This document shows, piece by piece, positions 1 to 14,257 of a stretch of DNA of 64,000 bases. This stretch comes from Heptranchias perlo. Taxonomy: Eukaryota. The stretch spans positions 3,534,001 through 3,598,000 of the forward strand of contig NC_090346.1 of the NCBI RefSeq assembly GCF_035084215.1. Reading direction: 5' to 3'. Position 1 is the stretch's first letter. Every line of letters begins with the position of its first letter. Below the pieces are notes generated by a model. It did no database searches and had not been told where the DNA came from. It saw only the letters and a list, made by a program, of their open reading frames with translations. The position numbers were made by a program, and so were the translations under genes.

Positions 1-212
1 CAGGGAGGCAATATACCATCCTGGAGTCTCGGTTGCGTCCGCAGAAACGCCTGTCTATTCCCCTTACAATCGAGTCCCCTATCACTATAGCTCGGCCACT
101 CTTTTTCCTGCCCTCCTGTGCAGCAGAGCCAGCCACGGTGCCATGAACCTGGCCACTGCCACCTTCCCCTGGTGAGCCATCTCCCACAACAGTATCCAAA
201 ATGGTATACCAC
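1..212 (-). mobile_element. CR1-type LINE ORF1 fragment (SGNH/esterase domain), cut by the window edge
   Basis: Reverse complement of 1-91 translates AIVIGDSIVRGIDRRFCGRNRDSRMVYCLP, the GDS block typical of the esterase domain in CR1 ORF1p; right boundary approximate. Confidence 0.75.
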
Positions 213-459
213 TTCAGGATTCACCTCCTCTCCGATATCCTTTTCTTTAGTAAAGACACATTAAATACCTAAGTCGTGACATAGGTACGGGTAAAATATG
301 AAAGGATGTTCAGAAATGTGAGTGTTACTCATGTGTTGGAAGATCTGGATATTGCAGTGCTGATTTTCTAAGTATGTGCTGGCGACCATACAGGACAATC
401 GCAGGCGTGCTGCCCATGAGTTTCCGCTATATACTGTGAGCAAGTACTCAGAAAATTGC

Positions 460-903
460 CCCTTGCATTTCACATTTATATAGCATCTTTAGTGTAGAAA
501 AACAACCAAGACAAATCACAGAGGTGTAATCAAAAAAACTGATGCCAAGCCAAAAAAGGCGATATGAGGATGGGTGACCAAAAGTTTGTCAAAGAGGTGG
601 ATTTTATGGAGGGTCTTAAAGGAGGAGAGAGGATACAGAGGTAGAGAAGTTTAGGGAGGGAATACCAGAGTCGGGGGCCGAGGTGGGGTGAACGGAGGAG
701 GCATTCACAAGAGGCCAGAATGGAAAGTTCAGGTGGAAGTGTTGTTGGGCTGGAGAAGGTTACAGAGACGGGGAGTGGTGAGGCCATGAAAGGATTTAAA
801 CAGGAGGATGAAAATTTTACATTTGAGTTGTTGAGGAAACAGGAACGAATGTAGGTCAGCGAGCACAGGGTTAATGGGTGAGCAGGACTTGGTGCGAGAT
901 AGT
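460..903 (-). mobile_element. Decayed L2-like LINE 3' end
   Basis: Tail resembles rc of '..gctatataaatg..caag'; purine-rich body reads on the minus strand like an L2 ORF2 C-terminus; abuts the CR1 tail at 904. Confidence 0.5.
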
Positions 904-2668
904 ATAGAATCATAGAATGGATACAGTACAGAAGAAGGCCATTTAACCCATCAAGCCCGTGCCGGCTCTCTGCAAGAGGAATCCAGCTGGTCCCACTCCC
1001 CCGCCCTATCCTCATAGCCCTGCAAATTTTGTTTCCCTTCAAGTACTTATCCAGTTCCCTTTTGAAAGCCATGTTTGAATCTGCCTCCACCACCCCCTCA
1101 GGCAGTGCATTCCAGATCATAACCACTCCACGCATAAAAAAGTTTTTCCTCATGTCGCCTTTGGTTCTTTTGCCAATCACCTTAAATCTGTGTCCTCTGG
1201 TTCTTGACCCTTCCGCCAATGGGAACAGTTTCTCTCTATCTACTCTGTCTAGACCCCTCATGATTTTGAATACCTCTATCAAATCTCCTCTCAACCTTCT
1301 CTGCTCTAAGGAGAACAACCCCAACTTCTCCAGTCTATCCACGTACCTGAAGTCCTTCATCCCTGGAATCATTCTAGTAAATCACTTCTGCACCCTCTCT
1401 AAGGCCTTCACATCTTTCCTAAAGTGTGGTTCCCAGAATTGGACACAATGCTCCAGTTGTGGCCAAACCAATGTTTTATAAAGGTTCATCATGACTTCCA
1501 TGCGTTTGCACTCTATGCCTCTATTTATAAAGCCCAGGATCCCGTATGCTTTTTTAACCACTTTCCCAACCTGCTCTGCCACCTTCAACGATTTGTGCAC
1601 ATATACCCCAGATCTCTCTGTTCCCGCACCCCCTTTAGAATTGTGCCCTTTCGTTTATATTGCCTCTCCTCGTTCTTGCTACCAAAATGTGTCACTTTGC
1701 ATTTCTCCGCATTAAATTTCATCTGCCACTTGTCCGCCCATTTCACCAGCCTGTCTACGTCCTCTTGAAGTCTATCACTATCCTCCTCACTGTTCACTAA
1801 ACTTCCAAAGTTTTGTGTCATCTGCAAATTTTGAAATTGTACTCTGTACACCCAAGTCCAAGTCATTAATATATATCAAAAAAAACAATGGTCCTAGTAC
1901 TGACCCCTGGGGAACACCACTGTATACCTCCCTCCAGTCCGAAAAACAACCGGTCACCACTACTCTCTGTTTCCTATTAGTTAGCCAATTTCGTATCCAT
2001 GCTGCCACTGCCCCTTTTATTCCATGGGCTTCAACTTTGCTGACAAGCCTATTATGTGGCACTTTATCAAACGCTTTTTGGAAGTCCATATATACATCAA
2101 CCGCATGGCCCTCATCAACCTTCTCTGTTACCTCTTCAAAAAACTCAATCGAGTTAGTTAAGCACGATTTGCCTTTAACAAATCCGTACTGGCTTTCCCT
2201 AGTTAATCCACACTTGTCCAAGTGACTGTTAATTTTGTCGTGGATTATTGTTTCTAAAAGTTTCCCCATCACCGAGGTTAAACTGATTGGCCTATAGTTG
2301 CTGGGTTTATCCTTACACCCTTTTTTGAACAAGGATGTAACATTTGCAATTTTCCAGTACTCTGGCACCACCCCTGTATCCAAGGGTGTTTGGAAGATTA
2401 TGGCCAGTATCTCCGCAATTTCCACCCTTACTTCCCTCAGCAACCTAAGGTGCATCCCATCTGGACCGGGTGCCTTATCTACTTTAAGTACGGCCAACCT
2501 TTCTAGTACCTCCTCTATCAATTTTTAGCCCATTCAGTATCGCAACCACTGCTTCTTTTACTGTGACTTTGGCAGCATCTTCTTCCTTGGTAAAGACAGA
2601 TGCAAAGTGCTCATTTAGTACCTCAGCCATTCCCTCTGCCTCCATGCGTAGGTCTCCTTTTTGGTCCC
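904..2668 (-). mobile_element. 5'-truncated CR1 LINE, frameshifted reverse transcriptase (ORF2)
   Basis: ORF pieces 1787-2521 ([47 protein letters not shown]), 1585-1866, 1382-1600 and the first part of 530-1372; (ATTCTATG)n tail seen as atagaatcatagaat at 904-918. Confidence 0.93.
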
Positions 2669-5556
2669 CGGGAAGAGGAGTACAAAGCAGTTGTCCAGGG
2701 GGAAATAACCACAGATAGTGTAGGTATAGTGGAAATCTCTTAGAATTATACAAATAAGATATTTTAATTTCACAACAATCTGAGTCATGTATTTGTTGCT
2801 GGTGCAGAATTAGTTAGGCTGTGTTGAGAGGAGAAACGCCAAATTTTGTGCCATGGAGTCAGTTTTTTGGGCAGTGAAGAGTGTACGGCTGTTTCCTGTT
2901 AGGGACTTGGTCATTATGTTAGTAGTGATTTATTCAACCATAGTTAACCAGTGGTCCTGGTTATCATACACATGAGACAGTAATGAACCTGCTATAACAG
3001 CCACCTCTGATGTTCTTTTGCCACTATTCCTGGTTCCTAGGCTTTGCACTTTCTGCAGGCAAACAGCTAAACTGCTCCCACTGTTTTTGCCAAAGCCACA
3101 TTCAGCCATCTGCTGGGAGGTTCTGAGAACATCTTGGGGCAAAGCTCCCTTCAATTTTCAATACCCGCTGTGGAGATGCACATTGCCTCTGTTTAGCATC
3201 TCCCCAGAGCAGTGCAGCAGAGTTTGGCTCATCAATGGCCTGGAAAGTTGATCTGTGTCCCCTACAGTCTGGCATCGCTCCTTAGTGCACCAATCCACTG
3301 TGCCACTCAATGTCAAAGCATTGCTAGCTGACATAAAGAATGCATCAAACAAACAAAGCCGTGCGTGTATACAACAATCAAAGAGATACTGCAGAGTGAG
3401 TTCAAGACTAATCTAAATTCTGACTTCAGACCTCTTATTTAAAAGATAATATGTACACTTCAATTTGATTACAGCTTTGTAACTCAGTCAAATATCATTT
3501 TTTTTTAAAAACAGCATATAATAAATGTGAACTTTAAACCCAACAACAGTTCCCAGAACTTAATGCTGAAAAAACAAACCCTTTTTATTAAATACTATGC
3601 TTCAGTGAGGGAGAACAAGTCTTGGAATCGTTGTGGGTTTAGAATACTTCTCACACGCACTAAAAGTTATTTATGAAATTCATTGTTCAAAGTGGTGACT
3701 ATTAGCCAAATATTCAAACTTGTGTTCGAGTCGGTGTTGTGCCCCTGAATCATTTAGTATTTTCAAGTTTGATTTACATTAGGCAGAGTTTTATAAAACA
3801 TCACACAAAGGTACATTGTTGTATCCTTCAAAATGGAAAAGTGCTGTATTGTTGAATGTGAGATGATACACAACAGTTTTAAACACTCTAAAGTATGCCT
3901 CAGTCCCTACCAAATGTACAGACTGGGGTGCGACTGTGGGTTTTGCAGCTACAGTTTTACTACAGCAGATCTCTTGTGGCTGTTATACCAAGTTCATTAC
4001 TGTCACAAACGTGTGATAAGCAGGGCCATTGGTTAACTGTGACTGAATATGACACCTCTAACATAATGATGAATCAGAGTATATAGTATTTTTATAACGA
4101 TAGAGGTGTTATCAACAAAGTGGGGCAGAGAGTAAGTATAATCCTTACAGAAAATGTGTGCTATACATAAGGCTTTTAATCTATTATTACTATAGTTTGT
4201 CTTTCACTGCTGGCAATCCAGGGAAGTTGTTAAAACACGGCACAGACAGAGTTTCTTTTAAGAATCAGGCTTGATAGAAGCACGTTCCTTTTAAAAACTA
4301 CTTCGTTCCATCTATGAATCTTTCCCCATTCATTTTCATGGTACTAAATTCCTCTTAAGACCAACAGTCCAACCTATATAAAATTTTTTTTTAGCATTAT
4401 TGCCAAATTTAATCCTTTAGTTCTTCGAATGTTTGAGGATTGAGGGGGGCATCTGCAGAATTATCCCTTTGAAAAATGTTAGCAATGTTTAGAATTTATT
4501 AAAGGCATTAAGAGACTGAACAAATTGAACCAAAGTGGGACGGTCCTGAGAGAAACAGGACTGTTGCCAGATATACCGTGGCTGCAAAGCATCCAATGAT
4601 ATCAGAGGAAATGTAAGTTAAATGCTCTGAAGGGAAGTATTTCTGGGGAGATGAGCTAGCATGAGTCCTTTGGTCTTCCTAATCTGTAGCTATCTTCTGA
4701 GCAGTAAACCGTTTCTACATTTGTTTAAACAGCTGAGCTTGAAGTCTCTTCATCTAATTTAACACAATAATCATTTGGTGCCTCCTATGTTCTTGACAGA
4801 ACTCCTGATAACCTAATATGGTAAGTACACATCGCATTTGTGAAAAGAAGAATGGAAAACCAAGTGCAAGCTATCCTATCAGGGACTCTGCCGTGCTTAT
4901 TTAATGTAAACATTTACTTAATATCACTAACTTAACTCAAAATGAAATAAAAACTTAACACAAAAATACATTTAACAGGCTACGTCAAGCAGCAACAGAG
5001 TGAATGCTGATCAAAACCTGAAAATTGTTGTAACACTATTCAAGTAGCCTTATACTATTCCACTAAAGCTTTTCACAAACTAATCATCAACAGTATATGA
5101 ACTATTCAGCAGTTAATTTGTGAAGTGGAGCATCAAAGGATCCCATTTTTGAAGACCCTGGTGCCACCTTGTTGAATAGGGGAAATGTCAGGACTGCTCA
5201 CTGCAAAATTTACATTGATAACACTTGTAGCAGGTTTTCAACTGAAAAAGTACTTTTCTAGCTAAAGAAATTGGCATTTTGACAAATCACTGAAAATATG
5301 GCTTTATTTCCACTGATATTTCCCAAAACAATTATTATAAAATATCCACAGTCTGAGTTTTTAACTAAATCATCATTGGAACCTGGGAGGTGTCTTGGTA
5401 GAAGCTATGCCTGAGAAACTGAAGTCAGCACTTAATTACACTGAATCGTTCCACATGTTTCTTTTCTTAAAAGCAAATGGTTCAACAAAGTTTTCTGAAA
5501 GGTTTTCAATTACTAGTGAAAATACAAATACCTGATCATAAGAAAAATGATCAAAG

Positions 5557-5770
5557 CTCCCCAAAGGCTCAGTGACTTAATGCACTGCATGTTGCAGTGC
5601 CGATTGACACAAACTAGGAAGATCCCATGTTCTATTCCTGGTCTGTCCTACGTTAGATGATCTCAGCCAGGGCAGCTGCGGGCACCTTACAATTGATACC
5701 AGTGTTCCAGTGGCCTAGATTCTCACTCCTGATTGGTAATCTACCCTGGTGGCTGCTGTGAGCATCAGAA
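5557..5770 (+). mobile_element. Decayed tRNA-derived SINE (head and 5' body)
   Basis: ggctcagtg A-box-like start and 'ggtctgt..gttag..gatctcagcc' body shared with copies at 21610, 47060 and 60080. Confidence 0.5.
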
Positions 5771-5959
5771 ATATTTCAAGAACAATTACCGATATACAAG
5801 GTACAAGTCAGATTTCCCACAGCTTAATATTTGTTCCAGCAACTCTGGGAGCACACCACATAGTGAGCAAGGAACAGTGAAAGTCATTCAGGCTATCAAG
5901 ACTGTTCCCTCCGTGAATGTACAATCCATTCTTTTGCATTTTTTTTCTTTAACAGTTGT

Positions 5960-6320
5960 CTCCCCTCCTAAAGAAACAGACTCCTTCAGGTGCACCAATC
6001 ACTCACCGATACGTTGCCTAAGTAACCATTACTCATGTGAGAGCCTCAACAGTTTCAATAAGCTATTTGACAGGAGGGTGCATCACAGCCAAGTCTCAAT
6101 CTGCTCTTTGCCTGATGTTCATACATGCACTTCCAGCAGAGGTTGTTGGATCGATGAGCAGGACCCTGGCTGATGTCCCCCTCCCTTAGCCTCACCCACT
6201 GACGCAGAGGCAAACTACAGCACCTCTACTCTGTCCCAGTTGAGCTCAGCTACCTCAATAGATGAGGGTTTGAACCTGTGACCTTACTTGGTCTGCATGG
6301 CTGGGCTACATCCAATCCAC
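5960..6320 (-). mobile_element. Decayed SINE of the same family, opposite orientation
   Basis: Reverse complement matches the same body: tgagctcagcta..tgaacctgtgacctt..ggtctgcatggct. Confidence 0.45.
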
Positions 6321-6729
6321 TTTATTATGGGTGCCAGCAAAACCAGTTAAATCTCATGAGAAATGGTCCTGCAAAGGAAAATCAAGTAAAAGTCTAGGGC
6401 ACCTGCCTAACCTTACATCGTACATTATTTATCTTAGCCCAGCTGCCTTTGTTGTAGGTCATTTCCATGGTCCCAGCAGTTCAGGAATCATGTTTCACAT
6501 AGCATTATTATCTCTAGGTGCATTTATCCTTCAAGTCCCTTCCTATCAAGAAGCAGATCAAGGCTCTGACTCTAATCTCAAGTTTTGCTTCAGGCTTGAT
6601 TTTTCTGGCAGGAATATGTCTAAATGTTGGATCCAGGTTGCTCAATGAACTCTCACTCGGGCTTAGCTTCCAACTTTCAAGTATGGCAGTTCGTCCTGAA
6701 TATGAAAAAAAAACTTAGTAACAAGTATG

Positions 6730-7200
6730 GGGTTCAACTCCCGAGGTGCGACTTTGAGACTATCCAGCCCCACAAGATATTGCTCACCGTGAGCTGGTGA
6801 CAGGTCCTGGACTCTCCTCCCAGCTCCCTCATCACTGCGGAGATTTTCCCCACTATATCCAGCTGGTATCTTCCATTCTTTACGCCCACAGCTTTAATTC
6901 TCGGACTGCCTGCTTCTGGCTGTCCTGGGTCTTTTTTTAAAAACGTGAATGCGGAAACGTGTTTTTGCCCCAGTCACATATCATTTGTTTGCTGCTAGAG
7001 GCAGGATTCGTGTTACCAGAAATCCTTAAGCGACGCTGATACGACCCGATACATGACGGCGGCGGCAGCACAATAAACTCCTCAAACACCAGGGCAAAAC
7101 CCTGCTTTAAAAAAAAGGATCAGCAGCATCAATCGATTTAAAGCGACATTAAAGCCCGGGCAATAATTACCGAAAGGCAGTAACAGCCGAGCTATGGCAA
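6730..7200 (-). promoter_or_regulatory. CpG-enriched patch; probable promoter and non-coding first exon of a minus-strand gene extending left out of the window
   Basis: Local CpG excess in otherwise CpG-poor DNA; minus-strand donor CACG|GTGAGC with exon end at 6788. CHST12 identity is inferred from synteny only. Confidence 0.45.
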
Positions 7201-7429
7201 TAGAAACCCAGGAAACAGATCTCCATCAATCAATGTTTAGAGTGGAGGAGGAGCTTAGATAGATCTCCTGAGACTGGAGAATGTTCAGAGCACTCAGCAA
7301 GGTGGAATAGAACAGGATAAAAAAACAAAGGGGCCATCAGAGATGGGATTTTAGGTAGCTTTTGAAGGGTGGGAGGGAACCAGGAAGGCAAAGTGGTTTT
7401 GGGAAAGAATTCCAGAGGACAGGAAGCAG

Positions 7430-7762
7430 TGAGTGAAGAAAGACCAAGATAAAATGTTTCCGCTTGTGGGGAATCCAAAACTAGGGGTCATTAATATGAT
7501 AGTACAGCAATAAATCCAATAAGGAATTCAATAGAAACTTCTTCATCCAGAGAGTGTTTAGAATGTGGAACTCGCTCCCACATGGAGTAGTTGGGGTGAA
7601 TAACATCGATGTATTTAAGGGGAAGCTGGGTGAGTACATGAGGGAGAAAGGAATAGAAGGATATCCTGATAGTGTTAGATGAAGTAGGGAGGGAGGAGGC
7701 TCATGTGGAGCATAAACACTTGGGCCAAATGGCCTGTTTCTGAGCTATAAATTCTATGTAAA
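7430..7762 (+). mobile_element. CR1 LINE 3' fragment
   Basis: 'ttcatccagagagtgtttagaatgtggaactcgctccc..tttaaggggaagctgg' matches the ORF2 C-terminal FTQRV..WNSLP..FKGKLD region; CR1-like tail. Confidence 0.75.
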
Positions 7763-8399
7763 TGATCTCCAATAGTCTCGTGGCAGGAGCAGTAGTCCAC
7801 TGTTATAGGAGTGGAGGATGTACAGGGAAATGTGGTTGGAGAAGATTACTTAGAGAGCCAGGCCCTGGAGGGATTTGAAATTCAAGACAAAGATTTTGGA
7901 GGTCAATTCACTTGGCAAAACTAATTGGTATGTGGCACTTTGGGCACGAGAGACAGTTCTGAATTGGCTGAGGTTTGTGCAAGGTGGAGGAAGGGCATTG
8001 GATAAGTTAATCCTTGAGGTGATGAAGGAGTGGATTAAGGTGTTGGCAGCCCGGGGGGGGGGGGGGCGGGAGGAAAGAGAGAGATAAGAACATAAACAGG
8101 CAATGTTCTGAAGTTGAAAAAAGTAGCACAGGCTAAGGGCCAGATGTGGATAAGTAGCTCACCTCGAGGTTGTGCACGTCTGGCTTTAGCCTGAGGGAGC
8201 AACTAGGAAGGTTGATGGAGTAAAGGCTTAGAAGCATGCAGGTGCTGACTATAATCTAAAATAATGACTGATTTTGCCAACATTGAGTTTAAGGAAGTTT
8301 TCATTCATCTAAGATTTGATGTTGGACAGGTTCTTAGAAAGTGTAGCAACAGTTTTGGAGTGAAAGGTGGAGATGAAAAGTTAGAATTGGGTATCATAG

Positions 8400-9632
8400 C
8401 AATAAAGTAAAAGTATAGGACTGGAAAAGACTGCAGCCCAAAGACTAATATCTCTCAATTGCCAAATAGTCATCCAAGTTCCCCTTTAATCTTTCCACAA
8501 TTTACCTCCATTGCATCCTTGGGTAGTCCAATTCCATACATTCACCACTCCCTGCATAAAATCTAAACTCTCTGCTCAGTTTCAGCCTGTGTCCCCTGGT
8601 TCTACAGTTTGTGGAAATCTTGAAATATTATCAGGGTTCAATTTATTTAGTTCCTTAAAGATCTTAAATGCTTGCATAATATCTGCCCGGAGCTTTCTCT
8701 TCTTCAGAATAAACAACCCCAGGCTCTTCAACCTCTCCTCATAGCTCAGAAGCTTTAAGTTAGATATCAGTCTGGTTGCCCTTTTCTGAACTGCTACAAA
8801 TGCCTGAAATTCTGTGCTGTAGTACAGCAACCAGAAATGCACACAGTACTGGACACCAGGTGTGGCCATGCCAGTGCTTTCTACAAATTCATTGTCATCC
8901 CCTGGGATCTGTGCTCTATCCCCCTGGCTGCACATCTCAAGAATACATTAACTTTCCATGCTGCTGCTGTACACGGTGCTTTAGGTTTCAGTTGGCTGTC
9001 CATCAATATTCCAGATCCCTCACTTTAATCAGCCCACTTCCCAACCTATCCAGATGCCTTTCTATTTGGTTTGCCTGTCCCTTATCATTTGAATGCCCTA
9101 CCTCCAATTTGGTGTCACCTGTAAACTTAGTTTCCTGACCCCAGTTCCAAATCATTAATAGACCATGGAAACAGTAATGGCCACAGCACTGACTCATTGG
9201 CACATTGGTACAGTCCCATCAACAGCCACCCTTAGCTTTGTCTGGTTGAACTAATTGTCAGAAGTTTGTTTCCTATTCCCCAGTTCCAAAGACCTTGCTG
9301 AAATCTAAATATATCACATCCACAACATTTCTGTTGCCAAAAGATCTGTGATCTCCCCAAAGAACTCTACTTAAATTTGTTAACCAAGACTTCCCTCCCA
9401 TAAATCTATGTTTACTCCCTCTTACCATACCAGTCTGGGTGTTTCATTATCTTCTCTGTAAAGATGCCTTATTATACTTTAAACCAAAACAGGTGTTAGG
9501 TTCACTGGTCTGTACTTTCCTGAGACATTGCTCCAACCCCTTTTAAAGATTGATGTTAGATTAGCTACTTTCTAATCCTCGGGCACTACTCCTGTTTCTA
9601 ATGATTCCCCAAAGATAATGTGCTTGACTCTT
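8400..9632 (-). mobile_element. Old, heavily decayed CR1 LINE RT fragment
   Basis: ORF remnants 8582-8935 (QYCVHFW..VQKRATRLI..LSYEERLKSLGLF) and 9003-9203 (TKFTGDTKL). Confidence 0.8.
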
Positions 9633-9636
9633 AATT

Positions 9637-12263
9637 GCCCTGTGAAGTGGCACAGCAAACCATTCAGTTGTATCAAATCACCACAAAGAATAACGAGAAT
9701 AAAACTGAACTGACCATTTGGCTGCAGCCTAGGCATCGAATCAGGACACAGCGAAGGCACACTCAGTCCAGTCAACTCCGCAAAGTAACAGCTCAGGACT
9801 TAAGCCAAAGGTGGGAGAGCTGTCCCACAGACTAGACAAGCAACTGCCTGACATCGTCATTCTTACAGAATCATACATATCGTCCAGGGAAATCAGTACT
9901 CCTCCATGTTGAACACCACTTGGAGGAAGCACTGAGGGTACCAAAGGTACAGAACATACACTTGGTGGGGGACTTCAAATTTAATTACCGAGTGGCTCGG
10001 TAGTATTACCACTGACCGACCTGGCTATGTCCTGAAGGTCATAGCTGCCAGAATCAGCTTGCAGGAGGTGGTGAGGGAACCAACACAAGGGAATAACTTA
10101 CTTGACTTCATCCTCATCAATCTACCTGTGGCGATGCGACTGTCCATGACAGCATTGATAAGAGTGACCACCGCACAGTCCTTGTGGAGACCAAGTCCCA
10201 TATTCACACTGTTGACGCTCTCCATTGTGTCATGTGGCACATTTACCTTGCCAGGTGCATTAAATTAAGAACAGATCCAGCACCTGAAAACTGGACATCC
10301 ATGAGGTTTTGTGGGCCATCAGCAGCAGTAGAATTGTATATCACCACAACCTGTAACCCCATGGTCCAGCATATCCCTCACTCCTCCATCACCATCAAGC
10401 CAGATGACAAACCCTGGTTCGATGAGGAGTGTAGAAGAGCAGACTCGGAGCAGCACCAGGCGTACCTGAAACTGAGGTACCAACTTTATGAAACTACAAT
10501 ACAGGGCTACGTGTATGCTAAACAGCAAAAGCAGCATGTTATAGACAAAGTTAACCGATCCCACAACCAACCGATAATGTCAAAGCTCAACAGCCCTGTC
10601 ACATCTAGTCATGAATGGTGGTGGTCAATTAATCAACTAACAGGAGGAAGAGGTTCCATGAACATCCCCATTCTCAGTAATGGTGGAGTCAGAAGACCAG
10701 GCTGAAGCATTTGTATCTGTCTTCAGCCAGCAGTGCCGGATGGATGATCCTTCTCTGCCTCTTCCTGAGGTCCCCACCATCACAGATGCCAATCATCAGC
10801 CAATTCAATTCACTCCACGTAACATCAAGAAATGGCTGAGTGCACTGGACATAGCAAAGACTATGGACAATGACAACATGCCAGCTGTAGTACTGAAGAC
10901 CTGTCCTCCATAACTAGTCCCTAACCAAGCTACAACACTGACATCTACCCAACAATGTGAAAAATTCCTCAGGTATGTCCTGTCCACAAAGAGCAGGACA
11001 AATCCAACCCAGCAAATTACCGCCATATTAGCCTATTCCCAATTGTCAACAAAGTAATGGAAGGAGTCATCAATAGGGCTATCAACTGGCACTTACTCAC
11101 CAATAACCTGTTCACCAATGTTCAGTTCAGGTTCCTTCAGGACCACTCAGCTCCAGACCTCATTACAGCCTTGATCCAAATATGGACACGAGCTGAATTC
11201 CAGAGGTGAGGTGAGAGTGACTGCCTTTGACATTAAGGCAGCCTTTGACCGAGTGTGGCACCAAGGAGCCCGAGTAATACCAAAGTCAATGGAGATCAGG
11301 GGGAAAACTCTCCAATGGCTGGAGTCATACCTGGCACAAAAGAACATGGTTGTGGTTGGTGGATGCTAATCATCTCAGCCCTATGACATTACTGCAGATG
11401 TTTCTCAGCGGAGCGTCCTAGGCCCAACTATCTTCAACCGCTTCATCAATGACCTTCGCTCCATCGTAAGGGGGGCTGTTTGCTGATGATTGCAGCACTC
11501 AGCTCCCTTCACAATTCCTCAGATAATGAAGCAGTCCACACCACATGCAGCAAGGCCTGGGCCGATAAATGGCAAGTAATATTCACGCTATGCAACGGTC
11601 AGGTAATGCTCATCTCCAAGAAGAAAGAGCCTAATCACCTCCCCTTGACATTCAATGGTATTACCATCGCCAATTCCCCCACCACCAACATCCTGGGGGT
11701 CATCATTGACCAGAACCTTAACTGGACCAGCCACATAAATACCGTGCCTTCTAGAGCAGGCCAGAGGCTGGCTATTCTGTGGCGAGTGGCTCACTTCCCA
11801 ACTCTCCAAAGCTTCAGTACCACCTACAAGGCAAGTCAGGACTGTGATAGAATACTGTCCATTTGCCTAGATGGGTGCAGCTGCAACAGCCCTCAAGAAG
11901 TTTGACACAACCAGGACAAAGCAGTCTGCTTGATTGGCACCCCCTTCACCACCGGCGCACCATGGCTGCAGTGTGTAACTTCGGCAGCACCTCCCAAACT
12001 CTCAACCTCCACCACCTAGGACATGGTCAACAGGTGCATTGGAACACCACCCCCTCCAAACCACACACTATCCCGACATATATCGGCAGTCCTTCATTGC
12101 TGATGGGTCAAAATCCTGGAACTTTCTACCTATTGTGTTGTGCGAGCACCTACACCACATGGACTGCAGCAGTTCACGAAGGCAGCCCCACCACCTCTCA
12201 GGCAACTAGGGATGGGCAATAAATGCTACTGACACCCACACTCCGAGAATGAGTAATAAAAAA
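9637..12263 (+). mobile_element. Decayed LINE (CR1/L2 group, second family) with endonuclease and RT remnants
   Basis: APE-like remnants (PDIVILTESY, PTQGNNLLDFIL); RT remnants colinear with the 25133-27178 ORF; 3' end gggcaataaatg..A-rich tail. Confidence 0.9.
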
Positions 12264-14257
12264 TGACTAAGATATGACCAATTTCGCTAATCACTTATTT
12301 ATTCAACTTAGTTAGCTTCCATTAACTTCCTCATCTTATCAGCGACCCTATGGTCTCTGTGAACACAGAATGCAGTTAGCATCATATTAACCCCCTCATT
12401 ATTTGACATCATGTCACATTTCCTTTTTCACCTCCTTGCAGCAAATATATTTAGAGATGCTTGGTATTTCTTTTAATATTTCCTGCTATCCTGACCTATT
12501 CTGGCTTTCTGAACAAGTTTCTTAATCTCCTTCACTTAGTTTTTATATTTGTTTCAATCCATTATGCTTCCCTCAGATTTATACTAATCTATTTTGTCCA
12601 CTATTAGCTGCATTGTTTACACTTTTGCATACATTGATCTTTTCGCTGTTACCCTTCTTCCCTAGCAGTATCTGTTCTGTTTGTATACTATTTCTAAATA
12701 GGATTTACTTTTCCCTAATAACCCTGCTAGTCCAGTTTTTTGAAGTTATCCTCTCAAAAATCTGCCTTTCTAAAGATGATGCGTGTATTGTACTCTTATC
12801 CATCACAAGCCTATCCTGAAACTCCACATGTGCTCAGTTGCTGAATCGGATATGCTTTGCCATCTCTTGGTTGTTACTTAATATCAGGTTCAATAGTACC
12901 CATGCTCACCTTGGTTCTTTGACCAATTGTTCCATGTAACAATCACATTTGCACTCCTGTTGCACCATTTATGGATTTCCTATGACCCTTCGTCAGAATG
13001 TCACAGCTAGTTTCGTTATCTTCATGTTTTTCATCCCTATCCAGTTTCTACGTTATCCACACCCAGACCAGATAGGCCAATTAAGTTTTTTTTCTACATA
13101 AATGATTGAAACCCCTCCCTATTACTTTTTTCTCTGTACAAAATAATCCCTATCCCTGTAGATTTTTCCAACCAACGTCATAGTTGAACAAGGTCTCTGT
13201 GCTACCGGTATTATAGCCTTCCCCTCCAGCAAGGACACCCAGGTTTTCCATTTTATTCCCACGTCATTTGTAGACTTTTGAGGCATCCATTTCCTCCACT
13301 CTCTAGATTGATGTGTTTATTTAGCTATTATCAGTATACATCTAGAAGATCGCATGCTTGACAATGTCAGAGAGTTAGTATGGAAATGATAAAAGGGTGA
13401 GGACTAAATATGGAGCACACCAGAGGTGACTATATGGGAAGAGAGGAGAAACTGCAGTCACTATATTAGGACAGCTAAGTGGAACTATGAGACTCTGCTT
13501 CCAGAGAGACAGACTGTGGGGGAGAATGGAACAATCAATAGCGTCAAAGGCTGAAGAGAGCTAGAGAAGAACAAGGCATATCAGGTCAAACCATTACATA
13601 ACTGTGAAAAGTAAATACTGCTTTTATTTGAAAACCAAGACAAGATGCAAAACTGGCAATGCTCTAATTAACCCTCTAAACTGATTCTGGAGTTAAGACT
13701 AGTTCAATATAATTACTGATACTGTATTATTTTAATGCCATATACAAAGCCAATGGCACCAGGCTATTCCGGATGATATGCCAATGATAATTGTCTCTAT
13801 GGATCACTCCAAGTCAGATTCTCAAAATCCTTGTGCATTCTTGCCACTCTGCTCTATAGAGAACAGGTAGTTGTGGCTTAAACATCGCCAGTGTTATTGT
13901 TCCTTCTACTGCATAACATTTCTATAACATACATAAAATTAAGTGAGACAGCTGAATTCATCTACAACTTATTTAAAAATCAGGGAAGCAGCTCAAGTCA
14001 ATAGCAGTTTTACTGATATTAATTCAGCTCACCTAGATCATCAGTTTCAGAAATTTCCCCAAATCAGTTAGCTCATAAATTTATGTTAACACTGTACATC
14101 AACTTTTCAAATACCACACTGCAAATTTCTGTTACACACTTAATACCAAATGCCAGAAAGTCTGCAGCTTCTCCACCACACAACATTGGGGTTCTGATCT
14201 GTAGCCTACCCAAGCATTCATTTCAAGAATGCAAAAGCCTTAAAAAGGGACCCTGTG

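Noticed and set aside
530-1372. 280-aa ORF as a gene
   Set aside because: Chimeric read-through from a CR1 3' end into an adjacent L2-like fragment.
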